In this document: positions 39,332 to 53,060 of the stretch, one piece after another
Layout of the letters: the number at the start of each line of letters is the position of its first letter
How positions within the stretch are numbered: position 1 is the stretch's first letter
Assembly: GCF_018350175.1 (NCBI RefSeq)
Contig: NC_058368.1
Span: 94,552,001 to 94,616,000, forward strand
From: Felis catus
Lineage: Eukaryota
Direction of reading: 5' to 3'
Length of the DNA: 64,000 bases
Program-made: the position numbers and the translations under genes
Notes under the pieces: generated by a model
Seen by the model: only the letters and a program-made list of their open reading frames with translations
Told to the model about the DNA's origin: nothing
Database searches by the model: none

Positions 39332-40221
39332 GGAAGACGTAAGCTTTTAATCACTGCCTCCCTTTAGAGGGAGACTGAAACCAGACAAAGCATGACTCCC
39401 CCTGTTCCATTTTCCTAATAGTTGAGTTCAGGTGGATCTGGGCAATTGTTGCCAACGAGCCCTGAACAAAAGGCTTCTGCAGTTTCACACACCCTGTGTT
39501 GGGGTCGACAAGCGGGGAGGGGCGGGGTCAGGTCTAGGATAATGGCTACTGTAGTCAGTAATGGCTGGAAAAGTAATGGCTACTGTAGTCAGAGGGGGGA
39601 AAGGTGTCTTTCAGATTCCCTCCTCCTCTCTGTAAGCAACCCCTGCCCAAAGTGCCTAAAGAAGACGTGTGTGTACCCAAAGCCTCAGACATAGAGACCA
39701 AGGAGTGAAGACACTTGGCCAGAAATTGAGATGTGCCAAGAGCATGTGCCAAAGGCACCCAAGTCCTCGACTGCGACTTCGCCAAATTCAATGCGGTGGC
39801 CGCACACCCTGCTGCCATGGGGCGGGCAACCTCCCTCCTGAAGTCTGCCAGGGAAAGCTTTTGAAATTGCCTGTGGTCAGGCTGAAAGATCACACATAGG
39901 TTTTTAAGTAGGAGCTGGATTCCTCCTCATTGTTGGGGTGAATCGGCTCCTGGGGTCAATCACTGGAGTTTTAGAGTCCCTGGGGAAAGTTGTTGAGTGG
40001 TCCTGAGGCGGATCAGAACCTACCCTTCACAGACTAAAGATCCCAAGAAGACAGCATGGAGAGGGAGAAGGGGATTTACCCAAATAAGATCAGGAGCTGT
40101 TGCAAAACTGAGAAACAAAAAGTTAGGTGGGTCAGCTCACTGCCCATGTACAACCCCTGCTCTGGTCTCTCCATTCTTAGAAAAAGCAAAGCAAAACCAG
40201 TTGTAGAAAAGATATCTCTTG

Positions 40222-43200
40222 AGGCGCCTGGGTGGCTCAGTGGGTTAAGCATCCGACTTCGGCTCAGGTCATGATCTTGAGGTTTGTGGGTTTGAGCCCC
40301 GCATCAGGCCTTGTGCTACTAACTCAGAGCCTGGACCCTGCTTTGGATTCTGTGTTTCCCCTTTCTCTGCCCCTCCCCTGCTTGCACTCCGTCTCCCTCT
40401 CAACAATAAATAAACATAAAAAAACAAAATATTAAAATAAAAGGTCTCTCTTTAGGTTGATGTCTATTGCTGACCCCTCCCTTTATCTGAACAGCCAGGC
40501 TTCTAGAAATAATATTCAAACATTGCCGTATCCATCTTTTTTTTTTTTTTTTTTTTTTTTAGCTTTTAAGTAAATTCTACCCACAACATGGGGCTCGGAC
40601 CTACAACTCTGAGATCAAGAGCAACATGCTCTACCAACTAAGCCAGCCAGGCGCCCTTCAGTGTATCCACTTCTCTGTCACTTATTTCTCCATTTGTCAA
40701 CTCACTATGTTCTTTGCATTGCCCCCCCGCCCCGCCTCTCCCACTCTAGTCCTCCACCCCATGCAACCCAAACTTCCCTTGCCAAGATCCCCAACGACCC
40801 CACTGTGGTTAAAGCCCAAGAACCTTTATATCATTATGTTGGTTGACCTCCTCTTGGTGTTTGATGCTGCTGGCCACACTCTTTGTTTTTGAAACCATCT
40901 CAACCCTTGATTGTACCTCTCTCCTCCCTGACGGTTCCTTCTCAGCCTTTCCTGTTATGCATTCATCACAACTGTCGTGAGCCCTTGTGAAAGTAAAGCT
41001 CCTTGATACCCTCAGCCTTTCTGGATCTCTCAGCAGGACAGTGGCTGAGAGCCAGGTCTTGAGTTAGCACATGGTGTTTAGGTCCTGGCTCTACCCACCA
41101 CGGACGAGTGAGTGACTGTGGGAAAGTTATGCAAACCCTCTAAGGTTTGTGAATTTCCTTACCCACTCCAGTGGATCTGCCCACAGGATTGTCGTGACGT
41201 ACAATGAAATAATGTTCTTCAAACAAAGCTGGGCACAAGCATAGCTTGATAAACTGTGGCTCTCATGGTGTATTCCAAGCATCCACAGTGGCCTGTGTTC
41301 ACCTCAATCATGACACTTTTTTTCCGCCTTATATCTTTTTTTTTAATTTCTTTTTTTAAAAAAATTTTTTAATGTTTATTTTTGAGAGAGACAGAGACAA
41401 AGTGTGAGCAGGAGAGGGGCAGGGAGAGAGGGAGACACAGAATCCGAAGAAGGCTTGAGGCTCCAAGCTGTCAGCACAGAGTCCTACACGGGGCTCAAAC
41501 TCACGAGCTGGGAGATCATGACCTGAGCTGAAGTCGAACGCTCAACTGACTGAGCCACCCAGGCAGGCGCCCCTTTAATTTCTTATTGGTTTGTAAATTC
41601 CTTGAGTGGGCGGACTGTGTTTTTAAAATCTCAGATCTTAATCTGGAGTATTTTTTACAATTACTAAACCTATGCTGATACATTACTATTAACTCAAATG
41701 CGTACTTTGTCAGGTTTATTAGCTTTTGCCGATGTCCTTTTTCTGTTTGAGACTGTATCACAAAGGAGAAACTTCTCCAGTGTAGACACAGAACCAAGGA
41801 TGGGTTGTTAGAACAATGAGGTTGGGTGACATGTCACACAAATTCTGTGAATGACCTGGGGCTCTCTTGAGACCAGTTAGGACCTCTCTGGCTATTTGAC
41901 TTGTTAGAAGGACCACTTTATCTTCAGTGATGCGGCGCTGACTGGTTCTGAAGAAAACTAACTATGCCCCTCTCATCAATTTAGGAACATAAACAGACGC
42001 TAAAGGGAAAACCTCTTAAAATCCTGTGTAAACAAAAGAAAAGCAGTTATACCGAAGAGAGAAATGATCAGCATTCTTTTTAAAGGCAATAGTGTTCATA
42101 ATTTACTGTGAGCTTTCCTTTCCCCATACACACACACACACAAATCACCCTTAAGTGAATTTTGATGATGATTAATGAATTAAAATTATTTACAAATTAC
42201 CCTGAGAAATAATGTTAATATTTGGGTCACTCAAAGTAATGTTAGTGATATGTAACCTCTTTTAGTACCTAATGTACCTAATGTAAAAAAGAAACCTGGG
42301 CACACAGTAATTCATTTATTTTCATTCTGTTTTGAATCATGACTTTACTGTTACTGTAAAAATAACACATCCTCATTATCAGAAAGTTCAGCAATACAAA
42401 GAAGTACACAGTAAATGGTGAAAAATTATAGAAAATATTGTTATCTTTATTTTAAGTTTTTTAGCTTTATTTATTTTGAGAGAGAGAGAAAGAGAGAGCA
42501 CAAGCCAGGGAGGAGCAGAGAATGAAGAAGAGAGAGGATTCCAAGCAGGTTCTGCCCTGTCAGCTCAGAGTCCAGTGCAGGGCTCGAACTCATGAACTGT
42601 GAACTCATGACCTGAGCCGAAATCAGATGTCAGATGCTTAACCGACTGAGCCACCCATGCGCCCCCCAAATTATAGAAAATCTTACCCACCAGAAATATT
42701 GTGAACATTTGCCAAACTGAATTCCAGTAATCTCTGTATGCATATTTATATCTAAATCTCAGTTTATATAGGATACATGCAATCTACATATAGACAAATA
42801 GAAATGATTTTATTCAAGTGGATAAGAGAAGGAAAAGAAACTGAAGAAATTATTTTAGGTAGTTGTTTCTTCAACAAAGAAAGGTTTGTGTGTTCCTAAA
42901 ATACTCCTCTAAAGCAGGTGTCTCAAACTCAAGTGGCTTTGGGCATAGACTATAAGTCACAAAGCAAGCTGTAAATGTTAAGTTGCTTAGTATTGTTTCC
43001 AGAATAAAAATCTCTCGGATTACATTGCCTGTGTCCTCACTGAGTCGGTCACACAAATTGAGCAAAATACCTCCACAGTCCGTGGCCCAGTATCTAGATT
43101 GTTACCCTTGCGACAATTAAGAATAGACTAAGAAGTCCTAGTCAATTTATTGCCTGAGTGATGTATTTCACCCCATTTCATATGGGTTGTCTGGGTGGCT

Positions 43201-46200
43201 CAGTCCACTGAGCGTCTGACTTTGGCTCAGGTCATGATCTCACGGCGCTTGTGAGTTCAAGCCCCACGTCGGGCTCTCTGCTGACGGCTCAGAGCCTGGA
43301 GCCTGCTTCGGATTGTGTCTCCCTCGCTCTCTGCCCCTCCCCCACCCATGCTCTGTCTCTCGTTGTCTCTCGAAAATGAATAAACGTCAAAAAAAATTTT
43401 TTAAGATAGGGTGAAGTATGTAGAGAGTTTAATTAAACCTTAGTTCTACAATGGATTTAACATTCACTACATGCTAAAGGACCCCCATTCCTGACTCGTT
43501 TGTTTTCATTAATCTCTTGGTTGGCTTGTTTTTAACTCTCAGTTTCCCCAGAAGGAACATGTAAAAATTACAAATGCAATCCCGTTTGAGCACATGGGAA
43601 CTTTGGTTAATAATTGCATAGCATATTGGCTGGATTTAGGCATTTTTCTCAAAACTTTGTTGCCAGGGAAGAAGTCGGAGGCTGGTTGATTCTTTTTCCT
43701 CTATTTTTTTTTTCATTTGGATGCCCAAAGAATTGTCTCTTTATCCTTGGAGGTTGAGAACTTGACCAGAATTTGCCCCAGCCTCACCATTTTATATCAG
43801 GCTCTTCAGAACACAATACGTTCTTCCATCAAATGGCACATACGGGGTTTCCAATGTTATAGAGAAAGTGTCTTCTGGTGTATGTGTGCTGTAATCTTCC
43901 CATAGGCATGAGGCAGCCTCACCCACCCCCAGCTGGAACTGGATTTGGTGCAGAGCCTGATGAAGGTACACGGATGCCAAGAAGGTGTGAAACGGTTAAT
44001 TACTCACATAATGAGGCTTTCTTTTGTATGTATATGTATATTTTTAAATGTTTTATTTATTTATTTTTGAGAGAGGGGGCTGGGTAGGGACAGAGAGAGA
44101 GGGAGACAGAGGTTCAGAAGCAGGCTCCAGGCTCTGAGCTGTCAGCACAGAGCCTGATGCAGGGCTGGAGCTCATGAACTGTGAGATCCTGACCTGAGTT
44201 GAAGTCGGATGCTTAACCGGCTGAGCCACCCATTGACAGTGAGGAGCCTGAGTGGGATGTCTCCCCCTCTCTACTGTCCCAACTCACTCTCATTCTCTCT
44301 CTCAAAATAAAAATAAATAAATAAATAAAACTTAAAAAAATATGGGGCACCTGGGTGGCTCAGTTGGTTAAGCATCTGACTTCGGCTCAGGTCATAATCT
44401 TGCGGTCCGTGAGCTCGAGCTCTGTGTCGGGCTCTGTGCTGACAACTCAGAGCCTGGAGTCTGCTTCAGATTTTGTGTCTCCCTCTCTCTCTGCCCCTCC
44501 CCTACTCACGCTCTGTCTCTCTCTCTCTCTTAAAAATAAATGAACATTAAAAAAAAAACTTAAAAGAAAACTTAAAAAAATAAAAGAAATTGAATTTGCA
44601 ATTGTGTTTAGTCTGTTTGTCTCTGTCTAATTTACGTATTAGTTAGGAAATGGCATATTTTTGGTCCTCGGTCTCTTTCTTTTGTTTCACAATGCCTTCT
44701 GCGCCGATTTGGATGTTTTTTCAAGTTGTCTCTCAGTTTTTGTTCCATCAAGTTTATTTCCTTATTAAGTTCTATCTTGAACATTCACATGGGATTTGCT
44801 GCTGCCTCTTTGGTCATTATTTTATTCCAGATTCCATTATTTTATTCCATTGTTTTATTTTCATCTGCTCTTTTTTTTTTTTTTTTTTTTTTTTTGCGTA
44901 CCGTTCGCCTCTTTTTCGTAAATTTCTTTCTGTAGGATGATTGCGTACTTGCCGCGTCCCTTTTTCTCATCCAATTTGTGTGGGTCATGGACAGCTCTGC
45001 CCAGACCTCTGATGTGGTGCCAGAATTTTCCAGTGCCTGTGCCTGCCACTGTGAGATCTGTTTGTTTTTCCACTCAGGATGCCAGCTTGATGGCTCAGTG
45101 TTGCCTTCTATCTGTTTGTCTACAAAAAGCTTAAGGGGAAGTTGGGACCCAGGGTAACAGTTTTTTGGTTTTTTTGTTTCGTTTTTTTTTGTTTTTTTGT
45201 TTTTTTTGGTGGGTGTGACTTTCAGTTTCTCAACTTGGAGATTTTATTCACTGTCCTGTAGCAGGATTCACTCCACTTTTATTTTTTAAGTTTATTTATT
45301 TATTTTGAGAGAGAGAGCACAAACAGAGGAGGGGCAGAGAGAGAGGGAGAGAGAGAATCTCAAGCAGGCTCTGCTATGTCAGCTCAGAGCCTGATGTGGG
45401 GCTCGAACTCATGAAATCATGAGATCATGACCTGAGCAGAAATCAAGAGTCAGATGCTTAACTGATACCCAGGCATCCCAGATTCACTCCACTTTTAGGG
45501 GGCAAGTTCAGTCCCTGAGCAGGGACTGAAATTAAAATTTTTTTATGTTTATTTATTTTTGAGACAGAGAGATACAGAGCATGAACGGGCGGAGGGCAGA
45601 GAAAGAGGGAGACACAGAATCCACAGCAGGCTCCAGGCTCTGAGCTGTCAGCACAGAGCTCAACGTGGGGCTTGAACTTGCGAACTGTGAGATCATGACC
45701 TGAGCTGAAGTTGGGGGCTTAACTGACTGAGCCATCCAGGCACACCTGGGATGCCCCAGGCTTTAGATCAGCCCTTCATTAACTGTGGCACCCCAGACCC
45801 TCTGATCCCTCCTGAGCCCTGATGTTCACTTTTTTCATTCTTTCATTTCCCCTTCCTATAGTGGAGGACTGGGGTGCCTGTGGGCCTCAGCCAGTGTTAA
45901 CAGTGGGGGAAGGGAAGGCTATTTTCACTGCAGCTGCAATGTAACCTCCCCCTGGCTTTTGTCTATGGGTATCTTTGCTTCTTGTTTTCTCTTTTCAGAT
46001 TTCCAACTCCTTCATCACTTGGAGAATTAGATACAGTTTTGTTTTTTTCTGCCTTACCTCTCTATGCTCTACTTTCCCCTCGGCCCAGAGGCAATAAACG
46101 TGTGACTCCTGGAGGCTCCTCCACTGAGTGCTGGATCAGCCCTCAGACGCTTAAAGCCTCCACAGATCTCCCAAGCCTTCCCCTTGGCTGCCTATTTCTC

Positions 46201-46885
46201 TCCCATTCTGCTCCCTTCTAAACCGGGGAATACATACACTGGGGAATTCTCATGGCTTTGTGGACACCTTTCTTCAGTACTGTTTCAGCAGGTGGGGGAT
46301 CACCTTTCAAGTCCATCTCGACCGGCAGATGCTTTGTTTCTTTTCCCGGCAGACACTTCTTTAAGTGTGTTATTAAGTTAGGCTTCTTTGCTCGTTTGCT
46401 GTTGATGGGTGGGTTTTTCTTTTTCTGTTGCGTGTTCGAGGTGTCTACTGCCTTTATTTCCTTTACGAGTCACTGGGTCAAAGGGATGTGTACCAGCACC
46501 ACATGCAATATGTCTATGGGGGAACTGCCATCAGCTTCTCTTCCTACTGGGTTTGCTGGTGGAAATTACTGAAGAATCCATTAAATCTTTCACATGTCCT
46601 GTGTGTAAATATCAGTCCTGTTAATGACATAGGCCTCTGGGAAGTAGAATGGAGAAAAGCAAGTGCCAATTAAAACAGAGGGGTGGGGGCGCCTGGGCAG
46701 CTCAGTGGGTTGAGCACCGGACTTCAGCTCAGGTGATGATCTCATGGTTCCTGAGTTTGAGCCCTGCGTTGGGCTCTGTGCTGACAGCATGGAGCCCGAT
46801 ATGGATCATCTGTTTCCCTCTCTCTCTGCCCCTCCCATGCTTTCTGTATCTCAAAAATAAATAAACATCAAAAGAAATTTAAAAA
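40222..46885. mobile_element. About 11 Can-SINEs among old L1/L2/MIR debris
   Basis: +40222, -40537, -41345, -42450, +43185, -44040, +44240, +44344, -45280, -45535, +46686. Confidence 0.8.
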
Positions 46886-48745
46886 TGGATTAGAAAGGGA
46901 TCTGTTCATGATCACAAAGTATATTTTTTGTTACATTTTAATAAACATTTCCCTCCCATACCGTCCCCCACCCTCCATTTGGTTAATACTGTGTTTTGTT
47001 TTGTTTTGTTTTCTGGGCAAATGTGGCCTGCAACTTTGATGCTATTCCTTTTCTCTTTTCTTTTCTTCTCTTTTTTTTTTCTTTTTTTCCCCTAAGCTTC
47101 TTTCTTCCTTTTCACATCGCAGCCTGGCGTGCAAATAAATACTCAGAGAATAGATTATGTTCCTGCGTTCCTTGTTCCTGATGGATCTCACCTCAATCAG
47201 GCACATTCACATAACCACCTCATAAATAAAAATATCCAATTTTGAAACTCCATTCCCCGGAGAATCTCTGGAGAAGCTGTGGAACAGACTGTTGCATGTT
47301 TCCCGTCTAGAAGGCGTTCTTCAGTTCTACTCCGATTGATCCACTCGCAGTCATAAAGCAAGTGCTGACTACTGAGCTAAAAACAGGGCTAGCAACTGTG
47401 ACCGAGTGGTGGTGTGGAGAGGGGGTGGTGTGTTCCTTGTGGTGCTGAGGAGGAGGAAAACTGGGCCAATGGCTTCTGCAAGCAAATGCAGCTGAATATG
47501 AATTTTGTATTTGATAGGACATGAGTGGCAGGTAGTTTTAGCCCTCTGCCTATGCGATTCTAAGCTACCTTTGAAAGTTCACCCGAGACACTCAACATGA
47601 GTTGTTGGACCACAGATACTCACAGGGTTAAGGACCTGGGCCAGATGCTTAGCTAACCCACTACCAGAATAATCTGGGTGTGTAATAAAATGCCCATACC
47701 CCCAATCTGACCATATATATCAAGAGCTTCCTTGCAAGGTTGTTTCAGCTGAACTCGGTTCCTGGGGCTCAGATACTAGTCTGTTGGGTGAGTAGGTGTT
47801 ACCTTTCCTCCAAAGATAACCATTTGCATTGGTAGCTGGAATACTGAGGTGCGGATTTGGGCTGGGCTCGTAGGTGTACCCAGGGTTTACTTAAGGGTTG
47901 GAGGAGACTTTTGGAGGGGAGGGAAAGGCTCAGATCCATTGAGTGCCAAAGATATAAATCATGCCTAGCAGGTAGAGAGTGGGTGTAGACTATATTGCAG
48001 GAAATGCCCATGGGGCCTGGGAGATGGAACTCACCCAGAGGGAGGGACTTCAAACCGGACAAAGGTCACACCCAGAAGGAAGTGTTAGCTCTCAGGACAC
48101 AGAGGACCTTGCTCCAACCTGTGCTGTCATAGACTTTGGTAAAACAACTAGGCATATGTGAACTAAAAAGGCTGCATCACCAAAGAGCTAAACCATTCAA
48201 GGCTTAAGCAACTCTTGTGTTGAGATGCCACTCAAGGAGTTAAATGGTCTCTGAGTTATGCACCCCCCTCACCCCCAGGTATGCTCAACCTTACTGCATC
48301 CCAGGCTTCAGTGTATTGTTCAACTTCCCTGACAAAGTGGCTGCTGGGAACTCTGAACTGTTCCCATGGTCTTAAAGCCCTTGTCATTTGCTGCCACCCT
48401 TGGCAGGGTAGGGGGTGGGAGAGGACACATCTGGATTAGGTATGGGCATGAGCTCGCTTCTTCTACAGTTTTTGGGACTTGGATCGTACTCTACCAAACT
48501 CATGGAGGCTCTGGATTTTCCAATGATGCCTAAAGGCAACAGGTGACATACCTCGGGAGGACAGGGGAGGTATGAGCCATGGCACAAATTGTGACCAGCA
48601 GGAGACAGAAGATTCGAAAGAGTCTGCAGACAAATTTGTTTTCCCCTCACTCCCACCTCCTGGCGGTTCTAAGACACAGTAACTCAAAATAGTGTGTCTG
48701 GAAATATCCCACAGTACCGAGAAATAAACTGGGTTTTAAATCTAT

Positions 48746-50133
48746 TGTAATGCCCCCGATTTCGAATCCGAGAGACCACCAAGGAGCAGATACCGATGCA
48801 AACGCATGAGGGTTTATTTGCAAGCTCGAGCTTGGGCCCAAGTATACCCGACACAGCGGAGCAGGGAATTGGACCCCTAGGTTAAGAGGCGTAGCAGTTT
48901 TATTTTATTTATTTTTTTATATATGAAATTTATTGTCAAATTGGTTTCCATACAACACCCAGTGCTCATCCCAAAAGATGCCCTCCTCAATACCCATCAC
49001 CCGCCCTCTCCTCCCTCCCACCCCCCATCAACCCTCAGTTTGTTCTCAGTTTTTAGGAGTCTCTTATGCTTTGGCTCTCTCCCACTCTAACCTCTTTTTT
49101 TTTTTTTTTCCTTCCCCTCCCCCATGGGTTCCTGTTAAGTTTCTCAGGATCCACATAAGAGTGAAACCATATGGTATCTGTCTTTCTCTGTATGGCTTAT
49201 TTCACTTAGCATCACACTCTCCAGTTCCATCCATGTTGCTACAAAAGGCCATATTTCATTTTTTCTCATTGCCACGTAGTATTCCATTGTGTATCTAAAC
49301 CACAATTTCTTTATCCATTCATCAGTTGATGGACATTTAAGGCTCTTTCCATAATTTGGCTATTGTTGAGAGTGCTGCTATGAACATTGGGGTACAAGTG
49401 GCCCTATGCATCAGTACTCCTGTATCCCTTGGATAAATTCCTAGCAGTACTATTGCTGGGTCATAGGGTAGGTCTATTTTTAATTTTCTGAGGAACCTCC
49501 ACACTGCTTTCCAGAGCGGCTGCACCAATTTGCATTCCCACCAACAGTGCAAGAGGGTTCCCGTTTCTCCACATCCTCTCCAGCATCTATAGTCTCCTGA
49601 TTTGTTCATTTTGGCCACTCTGACTGGCGTGAGGTAATACCTGAGTGTGGTTTTGATTTGTATTTCCCTGATAAGGAGCGACGCTGAACGAGGCATAGCA
49701 GTTTTATAGGGGCCAGTGGCCACTGAGATTGTAACACACACAGAAAGTTGCATAGTCATGTCAGTCCACACGCAGGTGGCCAACTGAATTACAATTTACC
49801 CTATAGTAACTGTTTGAACTAGCGTATCACTCTGGTCAGAATTGGTGCGCAAGTTTGGCGGGCAAAAGGCGGGGTTTAAGAATTGGTGTGCAAGTTTGGC
49901 GGGCAAAAGGCGGGGTTTACATTTTTTGGTGGTTAGGGGTTCCACATTCCTATGTGAGCCGGTTTCCAGTAAGGGTGTGCTCAGCGGCTTGACTAGGGTG
50001 GGGGAGTGTCTTAAGGAATAAGTAGGTCATGTGGGGGTTATACATGAGATGGTGGGTGTAACACAAAATGGAGTTAGTCTTGCTCTGCTTGTCCAGGGGT
50101 AGGGGATTTTTGTTAAATTCCTTGGGTCCCACA
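48746..50133 (-). mobile_element. Solo ERV1-class LTR (about 584 bp once the nested L1 is removed)
   Basis: TG...CA termini flanked by a perfect 4-bp TSD CTAT (48742-48745 and 50134-50137). On the minus strand: TATAAAA (49708-49702), AATAAA (48818-48813) and a 41-bp U3 tandem repeat. Confidence 0.88.
48902..49689 (-). mobile_element. 5'-truncated young felid LINE-1 (ORF2 C-terminus, 3'UTR and A-tail) nested in the LTR
   Basis: Translates to the L1 ORF2 C-terminal region (IREIQIKTTLRYYLTPVR...[25 protein letters not shown]) with a premature stop. G-rich 3'UTR; TSD GAGGC(G/A)TAGCAGTTTT at 48886-48901 and 49690-49705. Confidence 0.93.
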
Positions 50134-52339
50134 CTATAACCAACTGGATAACATGCCACCTTGTATAACATACATACACACACACACACCCACACACACA
50201 CAATGTTAGATTTGGTTAAAGTTACAGTGAAGACAACACTATGGAAGAAATAAAATTGGGAGCATTCAGCATGTTTGGTAGTCACAACAGATCAAGGGCA
50301 GCCATTCTGGGCTCCGGATCCATCATAAAGTTGGGATGACACGTTCGAGGGTTAGGGGTAAAGTGTGGTCATGGAACTGTGTCTCTAGAAGGTACATATC
50401 CTGTTCTCTAGCAGGTGGTAACAGGTAGCCAAGTATAAGGGCTTTTTCATGGAAATGTATATGTCTATACTCTAGAGACCACAGAAACATTTTGGGTGAG
50501 AGTCTCATGTAAGGGGTGAAATTATTCTCTGCATCAAGCCTTTATAGCAATGAGTGCCAATAAGAAGTGATCACCCCGTCAGTGAAAATGATGAGAATTA
50601 CCACTTTTTTGGTACAACCTTGGAAGTCTGTGCTTTGTGTTATAAAGGAGGGGAGAATGCTTCTCGCACAAATACATCACATTGTTAAACTCTTATCACA
50701 GCCCAGGGAGCAGACATTATTCTCATCCCCATTTTACAGATCAGAAATAAGAAATTTAAGTGAGAAAAAGTGCTCTGTTCCAAGTTACATGGATTCAGGG
50801 CTCAAACCACCCTGATGCCCTTTTGCTCAAAATCCCAGCTATGGTTTTGAAGGAAACAGGGAGGTACACTTCACTAGAGAGTCAAAAATGCTGGTTAATG
50901 GCTCTACTTTAGGTAATGAATGGAGACAAAAGGGAAATTATTCAGAAGTCGAGGGAATTGGGACCCTTCTAAAATTATGCCAGGTAAAGTAATCTGTGTT
51001 TGTATCAGAGACCTATAATTTATGTAAATCCGCATACCTCTTTTTCAGATAGTGCATAAATTGGGGAGCGTGTGGCGTGTTGTGGAATTAAATGTATTTG
51101 TATGTGTTCGACACACTGTATAATTGACTCAATTATCCATGTGGGGATTATTCACTTTTAATTTGCAATCTGGCTTCTCCCTTCAGTTAGGATGTTTTTG
51201 GGCTGCTCTAGGAATGCCAACTAATTTAAATAATAATTTAAGTAAAACATAATTAGGTAAGAAAATTACATTCAATCTTTTGCCAGCTCCTGAAGATTCT
51301 ACAGCTGAAATGGAACTCTAATTCACTCCCTGCTTTTTTTTTTTTCCATTCTCCAATGCTATTTTACTACCATAGGATTTTAATGCTTTCCATAGATTAT
51401 TGCAATAGTTCCCTGTTTGACTTTCCTGCTTACCTCTTTCCAATCCAATCACCATTCTGCTGACAGTAATCTTCGAAAGACGAAAAACAACACACAGGCA
51501 CGCACACACACGCGTAATCAATAGCAGCTCTCATCACAAAAATTTCTTTACTGGAAAACATTAATGACTCCCCATTTCTCACTAGCTCAAGTGCACACAC
51601 CATAATCTATCACTCAAGACTTCATGCCACCTGCAACAGGAAGTTTTCCTCATCCTAATGCTCTACCTCCCATGCTTTACCATTCTTCCCACCTCTGAAT
51701 CCCTTTAACACACTACGTGTTTTTCTCTAAGGCGACAAAGGTAATCGCGAACCCATGTTGTATCCCTGCTCTACTGTGAGATTCTAAAGAGCAGCCTCTG
51801 CGGGGATGCGTCTCTCCTATTAAGCAGTACCTAGCTCAGTGCGGCACCCCAAAGGGGCACAATAAAACTTGTCCCTTTGAACTGCTGGCAAGCCTTGAGG
51901 GCAGGAATTTTGGTCTTTTGCATCCCAAGTGCCTAGCATAGTGCCTGCCTACAGGGTCTGGTGCTCAGTAACTACTACGGTACATACTACATGCGAAGGT
52001 ACATACTACAAGCTCTGTGGGGTGTCCTACAGAGTTCCAGGCAGGCAGATACTGGAAGGGCTGATCGCACAGTGCCTAGGCTGATGGCGCAGACTTCTAC
52101 TGCGGGATGTTGTGTGACACCCCCCACTGGTTTGGGGGAGAGTGTTCCCCTTCCTGCCCCCACGCAGCACAGGCCAGACACTGGCTGGGATGGGGTGCTC
52201 ACTCTTCGTTAAAAAAAACCGTGTATGTACATGTACACACACCTAAATATATGTTTATACACACCTACTCCATAAAAATACACATTCATATCCAAATATG
52301 AACTGTGCATGCCTACTCATACTTGGATTCTTTTGATAA

Positions 52340-52592
52340 GCATAGTACAGTGCCATAATGCATTTTCCTAGTAACATTTTCATTTCTCTAGCTTGCTTTA
52401 GCTTATTTTATTGTAATAACGCAGTACGTAAAAAATATACAAAATACAAGCAAGGACTATGTTATCAGTAAGGTATCTGGTCAACAGTAGGCTATTAGTA
52501 CTGAAGTTTTGGGGACATCAAAAGTTATACGTGGAATTTTGACTTTTGGCGGAGAGGCACCCTTAACCTCCAGGTGCTCAACGATCAAATGT
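52340..52592. mobile_element. Tigger2-type (TcMar) DNA transposon end immediately upstream of the COMMD10 promoter
   Basis: tatgttatcagtaaggtatctggtcaacagtaggctattagtactgaagttttgggg...caaaagttatacgtgga is the Tigger2/MER8 signature. Confidence 0.7.
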
Positions 52593-52639
52593 GCATATAT
52601 AACAAGTAAATAGATAAATATAAATAAGTTAATATGCGA

Positions 52640-53060
52640 ACAGGGTTAAGGCAGAACACTGCCGGTTGGGAGGGTGGCTGCGACCCTCCCTTGGCCTGGA
52701 GAACCGCAGGAGAAGACACGGACCTCGAACCTGAGGGGCTTGGGCCTTCCGGCGTTCCGTAGACCCGCCGCCATTGGCTGAGCTGGAGACAGCTGACAGG
52801 CGGCGGCTGGGCGTGAGAGCTTCAAACATGGCGGCCACCACGGCGCTGATCCTGCCGGAGAGCCCCAGGTAGTCGCCAGAGGTGGCATGGATGGGACCGA
52901 CGCAGAGACTCCCTTGTTAGCTGTCGCCTTTGGCTCCGAAGCGGGGCGGGCCCTGGGCTGGAGATACCGCGGTGCGGCCCTGCAGGAGTGCGGGGGACTG
53001 TGGGTGTCTCGCCTTCTCGGTGGTTCACTTACGTGGGGGTTACAATGCGCCTGGCAGCTG
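52640..53060 (+). promoter_or_regulatory. COMMD10: CpG-island promoter / exon 1 region of COMMD10
   Basis: The most CpG-dense stretch in the window. It has an inverted CCAAT (ATTGG 52773-52777), a YY1-type AACATGGCGGC overlapping the start codon, and a GC box GGGGCGGG in intron 1. No TATA is evident. Confidence 0.85.
52828..52868 (+). CDS. COMMD10: COMM domain-containing protein 10, coding exon 1 (MAATTALILPESP+AG)
   Basis: Strong Kozak context aacATGG; 41 nt ending at CAG|GTAGTC (phase 2); joins exon 2 in frame; matches the recalled COMMD10 N-terminus. Confidence 0.93.

Noticed and set aside
49337..49783. 148-aa ORF resembling a fused protein
   Set aside because: Chance in-frame join of LTR U3 with the L1 ORF2 C-terminus. 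The start codons lie upstream of the TATA box and ORF2 has a premature stop.
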